Shown: positions 5,960-16,791, counted from the stretch's first letter. The stretch is 64,000 bases of DNA from Myxococcota bacterium (GCA_965140415.1 OZ223209.1:3808001-3872000), one strand, 5' to 3'. The notes: generated by a model from the letters alone, not told the origin. A program made the numbers and translations.

Positions 5960-8335
5960 TTACCACCTTACACAACGGACCAGGGTAGAGCTGTAAATAT
6001 TGAATGTATTGATATAGCCATTACGGTAGTATGAGCACCATGCTAAATCATCATCGTCAGCAATTAAACTCGACGACCAATAATATCCACAAGAACCTAG
6101 TAGACTACTTGGCCAATAACAACCATGGGCAGGACCATCATCTAACGAACAACCATCACATGAACTACTCCTACACTGCGGTTCCCTACAGAATTCTGGA
6201 AATTGGTAAATGTTGCAATCACCTCCAGACTCTGTTGCAGAACACCCACGTATCAAAGAACGCAATTCTGAAATAGAGGGCAGATACCAATCATCATATC
6301 CATCTAACGTCAAGCTTCTACAATATTTATCAGCTTCTTCCCAATACATTGGGATTGACGAGGGTGGGTCCTCCCAATACAAACCTGTATTTGAATCATA
6401 CCATGATCCATTGCTAGACAGACATTCATCACCGCTACACTCATCACTTCCACATTCTTCGTCTTTGTGATTAGGGTTCCCACAGTTGTCGTAGCACCAG
6501 ACATCGCTATTATAACAATCCTTGCTGGCACAGTCGTCCGTCACTCGGCACTCATTACATTCTTCTCCGCTACACCCATCACTTCCACATTCTTCGTCTA
6601 TGTAAGTAAGGTTACCGCAATTGTCATAGCAGTAGACATCGCCAATCACACATTTCCTGCTGGCACAGCTGTTGGTTACCTGACATCCGGTACATTCATC
6701 CACGCTACAACTATAAATTCCACATTCTTTGTCTTTGTGATTAGGGTTCCCACAGTTGTCGTAGCACCAGACATCGCCATCGGAACATTCCCTGCTGGCA
6801 CAATAATCACTTACCATACAGTAGGCACATACTCCTTCCCGGCACTCCCATCCATAATTACAGTGACTATCTTCACAACATTCATGGCAAAAATGATCGT
6901 AGTCAATACAACATTGCTGGCCATTTACACAATCGTAATCACTCTGGCAGACTTCATCTGGCTGTAAACTGGATAATGGCACATCTATTTCGTCCAAGAT
7001 TGAAGTTGTAGCCACATCGTATGCTCCTGCAAATTGGTCAAATATCAGTGGTAAAATTTCCACGATGTTTTTGAATTTTGACAAGACTTCACACATGCCT
7101 ACCGTGGCACCATCGCAAACCAAAGTTGTAGCACATAAAAACATATCGAGGGAGAGATCCAAACCATCATCAGCCACTGATTTAAACTTTTCAGCTATAT
7201 ATGGATCTGTTTTGTAAATTAAATCCATTTTGTCCAACAGAACAGATGATCGCTGAACGAATGTCGCCTTCACTGCGAGTTCCACACATTCATGAATAGT
7301 GCCTGTCAATGAAACCATTATAGTGCCCATCAACTCTAACGTATCGGCAAGCATGAGCCTTGAATAAATTTCGGGAGAAATATGATATGCAGAGAATATG
7401 TCTTGTATTTTTGTATAGTAAGCAATTCCACCTATCGGACCAAGAAAAGCCAACTTAAAGTACGATCCCTCAAAAATTAGCTTATCACTTTCGAAATAAG
7501 GTAATGTTATTGTCTCGCTGTAAGGCGGTGTGATATTACTAATATCCCAAACAGTTTGATTGTCTGAAAACATCTCAACCCAATTCACCCAGGAAAGAAC
7601 AGATTCTCGTGGTGCAAGTATCACTACCTTCTGTTGATCCTGAAACAGGCATGCCGCATAACGATATTTCTTGTTAGAGAATTCGTAACGAATTGTGTTT
7701 GCATCCCTTGTTTCGGTAACATCCACTCCGATTGAAGATGAATATCCATTATTACTCTTCATATATACATTTTGGGTATCCAGTTCTCTACGCTCTTCTG
7801 TAAGAGCTAAATAGACACTTAGACTATCTGTAAAGTCATCGAGATATTGCGCACCCCCAGTAGCAGCCATTATGCGTTCAGCATTAACATAGAGCAAATT
7901 GGTTTTATCAACCTCTCCATTGCTGCTTCTGTGAAATAATCCAACAAGTTGATTTGACGGAGCCGATAGGTCGGCACTTAGTCTATGTTCTTCTCCTTTT
8001 GATAATATGTACCATCCTTCGCCGCATTCGAGTCCATTCTGTGAAAAGTAACAATTGCCATTGTTTTCATTCATGGGGGAAATGCATACGCCATTTTTGC
8101 AAACTTTGTTAGAATCAGCACAGTCGCGTAGAAATCCCCACTCATCATTTTGGCATAATAGTATTTCTGTTCCACTGCACTGCCGATCATATTCCTTGCA
8201 GGCAGGATGAATGTAGATTGGTGGCTCATCATTGCTTTCCGAAATTTCTCCACCGCAAGATGAAATCAGAAGGGAAAGGAAAGAAAAAAAGATGCAAAAA
8301 AGAACAATAGAGAAATGTTTGGAATAGGTCGTCAT
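5960..8335 (-). CDS. Cys-rich lipoprotein with three 45-aa repeats and C-terminal DUF1566 (Lcl) domain
   Basis: Lipobox LISSC; 135-bp repeats at ~6450/6585/6720; TGLYWE...WEEA..YC..L.L.GY.DW.LPSISEL...YWSSS...VRCVR. Confidence 0.85.
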   Translation of the reverse strand: MTTYSKHFSIVLFCIFFSFLSLLISSCGGEISESNDEPPIYIHPACKEYDRQCSGTEILLCQNDEWGFLRDCADSNKVCKNGVCISPMNENNGNCYFSQNGLECGEGWYILSKGEEHRLSADLSAPSNQLVGLFHRSSNGEVDKTNLLYVNAERIMAATGGAQYLDDFTDSLSVYLALTEERRELDTQNVYMKSNNGYSSSIGVDVTETRDANTIRYEFSNKKYRYAACLFQDQQKVVILAPRESVLSWVNWVEMFSDNQTVWDISNITPPYSETITLPYFESDKLIFEGSYFKLAFLGPIGGIAYYTKIQDIFSAYHISPEIYSRLMLADTLELMGTIMVSLTGTIHECVELAVKATFVQRSSVLLDKMDLIYKTDPYIAEKFKSVADDGLDLSLDMFLCATTLVCDGATVGMCEVLSKFKNIVEILPLIFDQFAGAYDVATTSILDEIDVPLSSLQPDEVCQSDYDCVNGQQCCIDYDHFCHECCEDSHCNYGWECREGVCAYCMVSDYCASRECSDGDVWCYDNCGNPNHKDKECGIYSCSVDECTGCQVTNSCASRKCVIGDVYCYDNCGNLTYIDEECGSDGCSGEECNECRVTDDCASKDCYNSDVWCYDNCGNPNHKDEECGSDECSGDECLSSNGSWYDSNTGLYWEDPPSSIPMYWEEADKYCRSLTLDGYDDWYLPSISELRSLIRGCSATESGGDCNIYQFPEFCREPQCRSSSCDGCSLDDGPAHGCYWPSSLLGSCGYYWSSSLIADDDDLAWCSYYRNGYINTFNIYSSTLVRCVRW

Positions 8336-8384
8336 TTTCTTTTCCTCCATTGGACCAGCCTGTAAACATTCCATGCCAATGCAG

Positions 8385-8990
8385 TGCTCCCCGTTGTGTG
8401 GACTACTTGAAGAGTTAGAATCCGGGTTGAGAATGAGCCATGCGGCTCGACCGTTTCAATCGTAGCACAAATCACCTTTCCAATCATCTTTTTCGTGATA
8501 CACTTACCTCATCCGCCCGGAAGATAGGGCTTCGCTGGAGAGCGACCCGAGCGCCGGACGGGTGGACGACGGAGGGACAGACGATCAGGGTCTGTCCTTT
8601 CTTTTTTTCAGTCCCTTCGGAGTCCGTTAACGCGCCAAACTCCGGGGGTTCGGGGGCAGAGCCCCTGAGAAGAAACGCTGCCGTTCCTCTTGCGGCGTTC
8701 GATATTCAAGGCTGCTGTGCGGACGATGCGTGTTGTATTTCCTGCGCCACATCTCCGTCTTCACCTGCGCCTCGCGCAAAGTCAGGAATATCTCCATGTT
8801 CAAACGCTCGTCGCGCACCTTCGAATTGAAACTCTCGATGAAACCGTTCTGCCAGGGACTGCCCGCGTCGATATGCAGCGTGTCCGTGCCGCGCTTATGG
8901 AGCCAGTTTTCCAGCTTCTCCGCGATGAATTCCGGGCCATTGTCCGAGCGGATAAAGGCCGGATTTCCGTATTGATTGAACAGATCGTCG
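8385..8990 (-). mobile_element. IS3-family remnant: 3' part of orfB and right end
   Basis: Minus strand reads FIRSDNGPEF...SPWQNGFIESFNSKVRDE...WRRKYNTHRPHSSL; IR-like end tgctccccgttgtgtggactac at 8385. Confidence 0.85.
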
Positions 8991-9132
8991 TGACCCCCTA
9001 ACGAGAATCCAGTAATGATGTTAGACTTCAGCTAGAATTCCAAGATAGGAGGCAAGGTTATGGCGAAGCGAACGAGTATCGAAAATATCATCCGGCAGTT
9101 GCGCAAAGCGGAAGTACTGCAATCCCAAGGTC
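8991..9132 (+). mobile_element. IS3-family remnant: left end and start of orfA
   Basis: TGACCCCCTAACGAGAATCCAG end, AGGAGG RBS, MAKRTSIENIIRQLRKAEVLQSQG (IS3 orfA-like), then abrupt loss of similarity. Confidence 0.7.
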
Positions 9133-9142
9133 ATCCGCCTGC

Positions 9143-9316
9143 ACTACGCTCAACATATCCCTTGCCCACCGCTGGATGAAATTGCTTGAAACCGGCCAGA
9201 TCAAATCGGTGGTCGACCTTGCCGATCTGCTGGACAGAGACATCTCCAAGCTACGACATATCTTGAAGCTCGCTGATCTCGATCCGGTTGAGGTTGAGAA
9301 GGTGATGCAAAGCTAA
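9143..9316 (+). pseudogene. 3' remnant of a recombinase-associated HTH protein
   Basis: LAHRWMKLLETGQIKSVVDLADLLDRDISKLRHILKLADLDPVEVEKVM* resembles the AHRW..LL..G...S..ELA...R.LRLA.L.P HTH seen beside island serine recombinases; 5' end replaced by IS3 debris. Confidence 0.55.
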
Positions 9317-9347
9317 GTCAAAACGTCACAATAAAGAACACAATACT

Positions 9348-9524
9348 TTCCGCAGACCTATCTTCTCCTCCGAAAGAGGTGCTAACTTTGCGACATGGAG
9401 TTATAAAACTGTCGCTTTGCCAATAGCTTAAATTATAGGGTGTTAACAAAATGTCACGTGATATTTGGGTTGACCTTTCTTTTCAGTAGAGCAAGTGGAG
9501 AAACAAAGAAAAATGAGGTGATTT
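9348..9524 (+). repeat. 177-bp direct repeat, copy 1
   Basis: Gapless alignment with 16615-16791, ~32 mismatches by hand count (~82% identity). Confidence 0.9.
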
Positions 9525-9554
9525 ATGGAAAATGCCTTTTTAAATTTTACTTAC

Positions 9555-10772
9555 TCACTCATGTCGCAAGGCATCTATGGGATTGAGGTTGGCGGCTTTA
9601 TGTGCAGGGTAAAATCCGAAGAAGACCCCGACGCCGCCTGAAAACACGAACGCCAGTAATACGATCTGAGGATCGACGACAACGCTGGAACCGGTCGCCG
9701 AACCAAGGACATACGCAATCCCCAGCCCGGCTAAGATGCCTATGATTCCCCCGATTACACTCAGGATCGTGGCTTCTATTAGAAATTGAAGCATCACGTC
9801 ACTGGGGTGTGCCCCAACGGCTAGGCGAAGTCCGATTTCACGGGTTCTTTCCGTAACCGTCACAAGCATGATGTTCATGATGCCGATCCCACCGACTAGG
9901 AGAGAGACTCCGGCAATGGCGCTTAACAGAAGCGTTATCGTGCCGGTAATGGATGTGGCACGCTCTTTGATTTCCGTTTGATCGAGTATTTCGAAATCGC
10001 TGTCCTGGCTGTCACTCAGCCGGTGGGATTTTCTTAGCAGGGTTTCAATCTGAATTTTGGCAAGTGCCATTTTCGAGTCGGAGACCGCACTGGCAATGAT
10101 GTCATGAACGGTTTCGCCATCGCCGAGCCGGTACATGACGGTCATGGAAGGGGCCAGTACGATATCGTCCTGATCCTGTCCTCGGCTGTCCGTGCCTTTC
10201 TCACCCAATACGCCGATCACTTTGAAAGGAACATTTCGAATGCGGATCGACGAACCGACCGGATCGTTGCCGTTAAACAATTCATCGACAATGGTTTTTC
10301 CTACCACGGCGACTTTCTTGCGCCCTTTCACGTCCTTGGCAGTAATGAATCGACCGGAGGGTATTTTGTAGCTTTTGATCTCTTTGTATTCGGGATCCAC
10401 TCCGTAGATCGATGTGTTCCAATTCATTCCCCCGGCAATAACTTGGTCGTTCTCTCTTATTTGAGGGGAAACATATTTCAGGGCCGTGGCATTCTTTCGC
10501 AGATAGTCGATGTCTTTGAGTTTCAGAGATGGCTTGCTGCCCCTACCACCACGAACACCTCCCCTGTCGGAACTACCGGGTCGAACCATGATCAGGTTGG
10601 TTCCCAAAGACGCCACTTCGTTTTCAATATCGGCCTGTGAGCCTTTTCCCAAAGACATCAAGGACACCACGGACGCAACACCAATGATGATTCCCAGAAT
10701 CGTCAAAAAGCCGCGCATTTTGTTGCGCAAGGTGCTTTTCATTGCCGCGACGGTAAACTTCCTCAGTTTCAT
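9555..10772 (-). CDS. MacB/FtsX-family ABC transporter permease
   Basis: LTILGIIIGVASVV, LLVGGIGIMNIMLVTVTERTREIGLR, FGFYPA.KAANLNPIDALR. Confidence 0.95.
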   Translation of the reverse strand: MKLRKFTVAAMKSTLRNKMRGFLTILGIIIGVASVVSLMSLGKGSQADIENEVASLGTNLIMVRPGSSDRGGVRGGRGSKPSLKLKDIDYLRKNATALKYVSPQIRENDQVIAGGMNWNTSIYGVDPEYKEIKSYKIPSGRFITAKDVKGRKKVAVVGKTIVDELFNGNDPVGSSIRIRNVPFKVIGVLGEKGTDSRGQDQDDIVLAPSMTVMYRLGDGETVHDIIASAVSDSKMALAKIQIETLLRKSHRLSDSQDSDFEILDQTEIKERATSITGTITLLLSAIAGVSLLVGGIGIMNIMLVTVTERTREIGLRLAVGAHPSDVMLQFLIEATILSVIGGIIGILAGLGIAYVLGSATGSSVVVDPQIVLLAFVFSGGVGVFFGFYPAHKAANLNPIDALRHE

Positions 10773-10776
10773 TGCC

Positions 10777-11571
10777 CTACACCCTCGCCTCGTCGCTATT
10801 GACAGAATGGTTATCGGAAATTCCTACTTTCAACACGTTTAAATCATTTGCAGCAGACCGTGGATGGCTTACCCCTTTGTCCTCAACGACCTTGCCGTCC
10901 CTTAGTTCTACAACGCGACGTGTATATCGGGCGACATCATCTTCATGAGTGACCAACACGATGGTGTTGCCCTGTTCGTTCAGTTGTTGAAACAACGCCA
11001 TCACCTCAATGGTTGTTCGGCTGTCCAGATTTCCGGTCGGTTCATCGGCAAGGATGATGGATGGATGGTTGACCAAAGCGCGGGCAATGGCCACACGCTG
11101 CTGCTGGCCCCCGGACAACTGACTAGGTGTGTGGTCAAGCCGGTCACCCAACCCAACCTTTTCCAATGCCTGTTGTGCCTGTTGGTTCACATCAATCGTT
11201 TTTCCGCTACGGTCATACAACAAGGGCAATTGGACGTTTTCCAGGGCCGTTGTACGCGCAAGGAGATTGAATCCCTGGAATACGAAGCCGATTCTCTGAT
11301 TTCGAATGTCGGCCAATTGCTTTTTGGGTATTTCATTGACGTTCACACCGTCCAGAATGTAGTCGCCCTTCGTGGCCAGATCCAAACAGCCGATCAGGTT
11401 CATCAGCGTCGATTTCCCCGAACCGGACGATCCCATGATCGCAATGAAATCACCGGACTTGATGGACAGCGAGACACTGTTGAGGGCACGTACCTCGACA
11501 TCTCCCATATGAAACACTTTATGGATCTCATTCAATGTGATGACAGTCGTGTTCTCTTCTCGCTTCATCAT
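10777..11571 (-). CDS. MacB/LolD-type ABC transporter ATP-binding protein
   Basis: [35 protein letters not shown]. Confidence 0.95.
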   Translation of the reverse strand: MMKREENTTVITLNEIHKVFHMGDVEVRALNSVSLSIKSGDFIAIMGSSGSGKSTLMNLIGCLDLATKGDYILDGVNVNEIPKKQLADIRNQRIGFVFQGFNLLARTTALENVQLPLLYDRSGKTIDVNQQAQQALEKVGLGDRLDHTPSQLSGGQQQRVAIARALVNHPSIILADEPTGNLDSRTTIEVMALFQQLNEQGNTIVLVTHEDDVARYTRRVVELRDGKVVEDKGVSHPRSAANDLNVLKVGISDNHSVNSDEARV

Positions 11572-12773
11572 CGTCCCCCTCCGCCGGGCCTAGGCCCTCG
11601 ACCGGGGCCGCGAGTACGTGGCATCAGCCTCGAAAACAACCCACGCTTCTTTTCGATGGCTTCCGAATTGACTGAGGTAATGACGAGTATACCTTCTCTA
11701 AGCTCTTCACCGCTCACAACCGTGTTACTATCATCGGAGAGTCCCTTTGTGACCGCAACTCTTCTGGGCGGTCCTTCATTATCGAGAACGTAAATCACCC
11801 CATGATCCTTTGGATTGTCGTCTTGTTGACGATCCGGGCCACCAAGAGAAACCATCAGTGCAGAGTCAGGCACGAATAGGGCATTTTCTTCCCGATTCAC
11901 GATGAAATCGACGGTAGCGGTCATACCCGGAAGGAGAACCCCGCCTTTGTTTTCCGACTCCACAACCACGGTATAGGTCACCACGTTCGATACGGTCTGG
12001 GGTTGCAGGCGAATCTGTTCCACAGTGCCGGTAAACATCCGGTCCGGGTAAGCTGCAACTTCAAACTCGCAAGCCTGCCCGGCCTTGACTTGCCCGATGT
12101 CGCTTTCGTCCACAGCCACCTCGATCTGCATCTGAGACAAATCTTCAGCAATGATGAACAGAGTGGGCGTGCTAAGCGAAGCGGCGACGGTTTGTCCTTC
12201 TTCGATGGAACGCTCGATGACGGTCCCATCGATGGGTGAGCGAATGACCGTATAGTCAAGATTGGTTTGGGAGCGAGAAAGCGATGCTTGCGCCAAGGCC
12301 AAATCTGCCTTTGCCGTACTAAGGTTGGTTTGATATACGAGGAATTCCTCGTCGGATAGAAAGCTCTTCGCATTCAAAGGAGCATTGCGGTCGTATTCGG
12401 CTTGAGCCTGTTTCAATCTCGCCCTGGCACTGGTGACCGAAGCCTTCGCACCAAGCAACTCAGCCCTAAACAGATTTTGGTTCAAGGTGGCGAGAACCTG
12501 TCCTTTTCTGACCTGGTCGTTGTAATCCACCGAAATGGTATCGATGGTGCCCGAGACTTGTGTTCCGACATCGACCGTTCCCTTGGCTGCCAGACTTCCC
12601 GTGCTGGAAATGGTAATCGTCAGATCCCCCCGTTGAATAGTAGCGGTTTCAAAAGGTGAGTCTTCCTGCGAGGCGGAAACAGAATCGGTGTATTGGAATA
12701 TCGCAAATCCCAGTAAACATAGGCCGATAATGCCAAATAAGACCTTTTTGCGGTTTATGTTGAAAACATTCAT
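11568..12773 (-). CDS. macA: MacA-like efflux periplasmic adaptor subunit
   Basis: VDVGTQVSG.I, IRSPIDG.VI, GQTVAASLSTPTLF, VDESDIG, LPGMTA. Confidence 0.9.
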   Translation of the reverse strand: MNVFNINRKKVLFGIIGLCLLGFAIFQYTDSVSASQEDSPFETATIQRGDLTITISSTGSLAAKGTVDVGTQVSGTIDTISVDYNDQVRKGQVLATLNQNLFRAELLGAKASVTSARARLKQAQAEYDRNAPLNAKSFLSDEEFLVYQTNLSTAKADLALAQASLSRSQTNLDYTVIRSPIDGTVIERSIEEGQTVAASLSTPTLFIIAEDLSQMQIEVAVDESDIGQVKAGQACEFEVAAYPDRMFTGTVEQIRLQPQTVSNVVTYTVVVESENKGGVLLPGMTATVDFIVNREENALFVPDSALMVSLGGPDRQQDDNPKDHGVIYVLDNEGPPRRVAVTKGLSDDSNTVVSGEELREGILVITSVNSEAIEKKRGLFSRLMPRTRGPGRGPRPGGGGR

Positions 12774-14164
12774 TGGTTTGCCCCTTTGTAAAGCGTATCC
12801 AAGGTGTCCATAAGATTTCCTTTTTGATAGGCAACGCTGAGCCGTTTTTCGGTTCGTGTATAAATAGCATCGATGTTTTCGTAGCGTGCTTCAAAATAGG
12901 CGGTTCGAGCGGAAGTAAGCTCTAATAGCGTGGAGGCATGTACATTGTAGCGTTCTACCATCGCTTCCAATGCCAAGCTGGTTGCTTCGACAAGCGACTT
13001 TGCCACTTCCACTTGCGCGACGGCTGTTTTGTAATCCTCGATAGCCTGCAACAACTCCACGGACGCCTGCTGCTCCAACTCAATACGTTCCAATTCTGCA
13101 ATTTGGCGTTGCGCTTTTGCCTTAGTGGTGGCGGTGTATGTATCCAACCCATCGAAAATCGGAATGGATAGCATTACACCAAAAACTCCGACCACCTTAT
13201 CCTCGGTGAACTGGTCCGAATAGGAGGGCTCACCATCCATTGAGCTGAAACCCGTACCGATGCTCGCAAACAGGTCGATTGTTGGCCAATATCCAGAATA
13301 GGACTTGGTGACATCCTGAGCACGTGCCTTTAGGGTCAGGTTTTGAGACACCAAGTCGGCCCGATTGGCAATCGCCATGCTATAGGCATCTTCATACGAA
13401 TCAGGTGACGATAAGAATGAGTTGGAGGCTTTTTCCGGTTGCACGACGGAAAGGGAGGTCGATTCGGGTAAGCCCAATACCTGCACGAGTAACAGTCGAT
13501 TGATGTTTAATGCATTTTCAGCTTCCAGCAACTGTTTCTTTGCCTGGCTCATCTCGGCCTTTTGCTGGTACAAGTCGGTGACGGAAACTTTTCCAGCCTG
13601 ATAGAAGTTCTCAATCTTTTCTAGCTGCAATCGATTTTGTTCGAGCTGTTTCCGTTCCAAGGCAACCCATTCACGACTTCTGAGAACCTGGAAGTATCGG
13701 GTGGCGACTTCAAGAGCAAGTGACTGCTCCGTCCAGGATTTAGTTGCAGTCGCGGCATCCCGTTCCAGTCTGGCTCCCTTCAAAGACGCCACGTTGGAGA
13801 GACCATCGAAAATCGTGATGTTGGTTGTCGCGGTGATATCCATGCCACCGAAATCGCGGCTGAACAAACCGGGTGAGGAATTGCTTTGGGTTGTTTGACC
13901 GGCGGCTTGTTGTCCGCTGTCGTATTGCTGGTAACCTCTCAGGCTCGCCGACAAGGTGGGAAGGAAGTCGCCCACTGCACCAGTAACGTCTGCTTGTTTC
14001 ACCGTGACCGCTTCCGTCGCCTGCAAAGCCGTAGGATTGTTTTGCAGGGCAAGTTGAACCGCCTGCTCCAAGGTGACTATCAACTCTTCCTCGGCTATTG
14101 CAGGTAGGCTGCAAGTGAACGTGGTAATGATCGCTAGGAGGAATATCGTTGTGGGTCGCGTCAT
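12770..14164 (-). CDS. TolC-family outer membrane channel
   Basis: Signal peptide, TLEQAVQLALQNNP, two OEP-like repeats, LSIPIFDG; probable start MTRPTT. Confidence 0.9.
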   Translation of the reverse strand: MTRPTTIFLLAIITTFTCSLPAIAEEELIVTLEQAVQLALQNNPTALQATEAVTVKQADVTGAVGDFLPTLSASLRGYQQYDSGQQAAGQTTQSNSSPGLFSRDFGGMDITATTNITIFDGLSNVASLKGARLERDAATATKSWTEQSLALEVATRYFQVLRSREWVALERKQLEQNRLQLEKIENFYQAGKVSVTDLYQQKAEMSQAKKQLLEAENALNINRLLLVQVLGLPESTSLSVVQPEKASNSFLSSPDSYEDAYSMAIANRADLVSQNLTLKARAQDVTKSYSGYWPTIDLFASIGTGFSSMDGEPSYSDQFTEDKVVGVFGVMLSIPIFDGLDTYTATTKAKAQRQIAELERIELEQQASVELLQAIEDYKTAVAQVEVAKSLVEATSLALEAMVERYNVHASTLLELTSARTAYFEARYENIDAIYTRTEKRLSVAYQKGNLMDTLDTLYKGANQ

Positions 14165-14365
14165 GTCTTTATCTTTCTGCCAGTCGATTTTCAACAACCA
14201 AACACTTGCAGTATGAAGCAACACACATTGCTTTTCAGCAGCGTTTTGGAATTGGTTTGTATCAATCAGCATCAAGAGAAAATGACACCACCGCCTAGTC
14301 TCGAACACACCAAGAGTCAGGGAGAATGATTGTTATGCTTAGGTTTGAGGGTGTGAGACTTGAAT

Positions 14366-15658
14366 TTACTGAGGTGACAGCCAACTTGTTACCATTCTGC
14401 ATCCCCGATTGCTATCGGCAACGCTTATGGAACCGCCATGAGCTTGCATAATTCGACGAACGATGGCCAAGCCGAGCCCTGCACCGCCGGATTTCCGATT
14501 GCGGCTTTCATCGACGCGGTAGAAGGGCTCGAATAAGTGTTCACGTTTATCGGAAGGGATGCCGGGGCCGTCGTCCGCTACCTCGACCAGAACATGGTTG
14601 TTGATTTTCTGATATCGAATAACGACCTCTGTCTCGGCATACCGAACCGCATTGCCGATCAGGTTTCCGATGGCGCGATTGAAATATTTGAGATTAGCCT
14701 CCACATCGATATCCTGCTCCGAATCGGATTGAAGCTTGATATTGATTTCAGGACGTTCTCTTTCAAACATCTCCGCCAGTTCGTCAAGAGCCTCGGCCAC
14801 TGTGAAGATTTCCTTTTTCAAAGGACTAGCAGTAGAATCGAAACGCATATACAGAAACAATTCGTCAACCAAGTCGTTCAACTCGTCGAGTCCGTCTTTG
14901 ATTTCAGCGGCCTTTTCCGAACGTGTGCTTTTATCTTCGGAGCTTTCCAGCAGTTCCAGGTCGAATCGGATCCGGGCGATAGGGGTGCGCAGTTCGTGGG
15001 AGACAGCCTGAATGAGATGGCGTTGGTTCTTTAACAACTTTTCGATCTTGTCCGCCATGTCATTGAAACGATTGGACAGGCCGCCAATCGCATCGTTCGA
15101 CTTGATATCGGAGCGAGCGGAAAGATCGCCTTGCCCCAAACGTTCCGTCGCCTCATCCAGGATGCGCAATCGCTTTGCCACCGGGAAGGTCAGGATGTAA
15201 CCGACCAAGCCCACAATCGGTATCATGATGAAAATGACAATAAGAAGGTGGCTCCACTGGAATGGGAATGGGGGTTTTGTCGGTCCGAAAATGGCAACGT
15301 ACTTCCCATTGTGGACAGTAAAATAATCGATCTTGCCTTGTTCTGTGTATTCATGACTTCGAGGACGATCCTTCAAATTCTCTGAGATTCCAGGAGGGAT
15401 GAAGGTTGAACCAGAGAGAACCAGTTTGAAAGTGGTCAGAGTCGATTCGTGCAACTTTGCCACTTCGTTTTCCAGCTCGGACTCCGGCACAGCGTCCAGA
15501 CGCTCTTTGATGATCTCGATCTGACCACGATGGCGCGATTCGATCCGTTCCCGCATGTGCTGATCGAATGAATACCGAAGCACCTGACTTGCAATACCGG
15601 ATGCGACAATCAGTGCAAGGAGGATGCCCAGCGAAATGGACAAGTACAGCCGTTTCAT
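14366..15658 (-). CDS. HAMP sensor histidine kinase (RstB/CpxA-like)
   Basis: Two TM helices, HAMP, VSHELRTP, NLIGNAVRY, DDGPGI, GAGLGLAI. Confidence 0.95.
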   Translation of the reverse strand: MKRLYLSISLGILLALIVASGIASQVLRYSFDQHMRERIESRHRGQIEIIKERLDAVPESELENEVAKLHESTLTTFKLVLSGSTFIPPGISENLKDRPRSHEYTEQGKIDYFTVHNGKYVAIFGPTKPPFPFQWSHLLIVIFIMIPIVGLVGYILTFPVAKRLRILDEATERLGQGDLSARSDIKSNDAIGGLSNRFNDMADKIEKLLKNQRHLIQAVSHELRTPIARIRFDLELLESSEDKSTRSEKAAEIKDGLDELNDLVDELFLYMRFDSTASPLKKEIFTVAEALDELAEMFERERPEINIKLQSDSEQDIDVEANLKYFNRAIGNLIGNAVRYAETEVVIRYQKINNHVLVEVADDGPGIPSDKREHLFEPFYRVDESRNRKSGGAGLGLAIVRRIMQAHGGSISVADSNRGCRMVTSWLSPQ

Positions 15659-16383
15659 TGGTCCTCCGCAAACAGATAGCCTGTACCGCGAATGGCCTTG
15701 ATTCGGCGAGACTGTTTTGTGTCATCCCCAAGCTTTTTACGAAGTCTGGCTATACGAAGATCGATGGAGCGGTCGATACCATCGTATTCGAATCCCCTCA
15801 CTGCCGGGTAAATCTGATCTCTCGTTAAAACCTCTCCCGGATGCTGGGCCAGATAATACAGAAGATCGAATTCGGCGGTGGTCAGATCGATGGATTGATA
15901 GTTAAGCCAAACCATGCGATTAGCCGCATCGATGGTCAATGATCCGATAACAATCTTTTTCGACGATGAAACAGGTTCTTCAACCGTGTTCTTGTTGTTT
16001 TGGCTTTCCCGATCGGTGCGGCGCAGTTGGACATGAATCCTCGTAAGCAAGCGGCGAGGGCTGACGGGTTTTGTCAGATAATCATCTGCGCCGACTTCCA
16101 AACCGACCAGTTCGTCGGTTTCCTCATCCAGGGCAGTGAGCATGATGATCGGACCGGAAAACTCGGGACGCACTTCACGGCAGACAGCAAGCCCGTCTTT
16201 TCCCGGCAGCATGATATCCAGGATGACAAGGTCCGGTTTTTCCGTCAGAATCCTTTCCTGGGCCGTATCCCCTCGTTCCTCGACGATTACCCGGTAATGA
16301 TTGGACTCCAGGTAGTTTTTGATCGACCTGGCCAGTTTTGGATCATCTTCTACGATGAGTATGGTCGGGTTCAAAGTTTCCAT
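15655..16383 (-). CDS. OmpR-family response regulator (RstA-like)
   Basis: ILIVEDD, LDIMLPGKDG, GADDYLTKP, DRSIDLRIARLRKKL, IRGTGY. Confidence 0.95.
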   Translation of the reverse strand: METLNPTILIVEDDPKLARSIKNYLESNHYRVIVEERGDTAQERILTEKPDLVILDIMLPGKDGLAVCREVRPEFSGPIIMLTALDEETDELVGLEVGADDYLTKPVSPRRLLTRIHVQLRRTDRESQNNKNTVEEPVSSSKKIVIGSLTIDAANRMVWLNYQSIDLTTAEFDLLYYLAQHPGEVLTRDQIYPAVRGFEYDGIDRSIDLRIARLRKKLGDDTKQSRRIKAIRGTGYLFAEDQ

Positions 16384-16614
16384 TCGTTCTGCCACCTTTA
16401 ACTCACTGAACACAAAGCACTTATTCCGAAATGGAATCATAATGCCTGTAAGTCAGTATAATACGAAAAAGATGGCGATTCAGCAACGGTTTAGCATCGG
16501 TCGGTATCGAATTGTATCGACAGTTTCTACATAAATTTACGATTTATTCTATTTAAACAGCCTGTTCAAAAACTCAGGATTTGTGGAATTTTGCGGCACA
16601 GCCAATGCAACCAC

Positions 16615-16791
16615 TTCCGCAGACCTCTCCGCTCCTCCGAAAGAGGATCGAACTTTGCGACATGGAATTACCAACGTGTCGCTTTCCAAGTGGCTGAATT
16701 TATAGGGTGTTGACTAAATGTCATGTGACATTTGGTTTGATCTTGCATATCAGTGGAGCAAACGGAGAAACAGAGAAAAATGGGGCGATTT
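16615..16791 (+). repeat. 177-bp direct repeat, copy 2
   Basis: Aligns gaplessly with 9348-9524. Confidence 0.9.
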
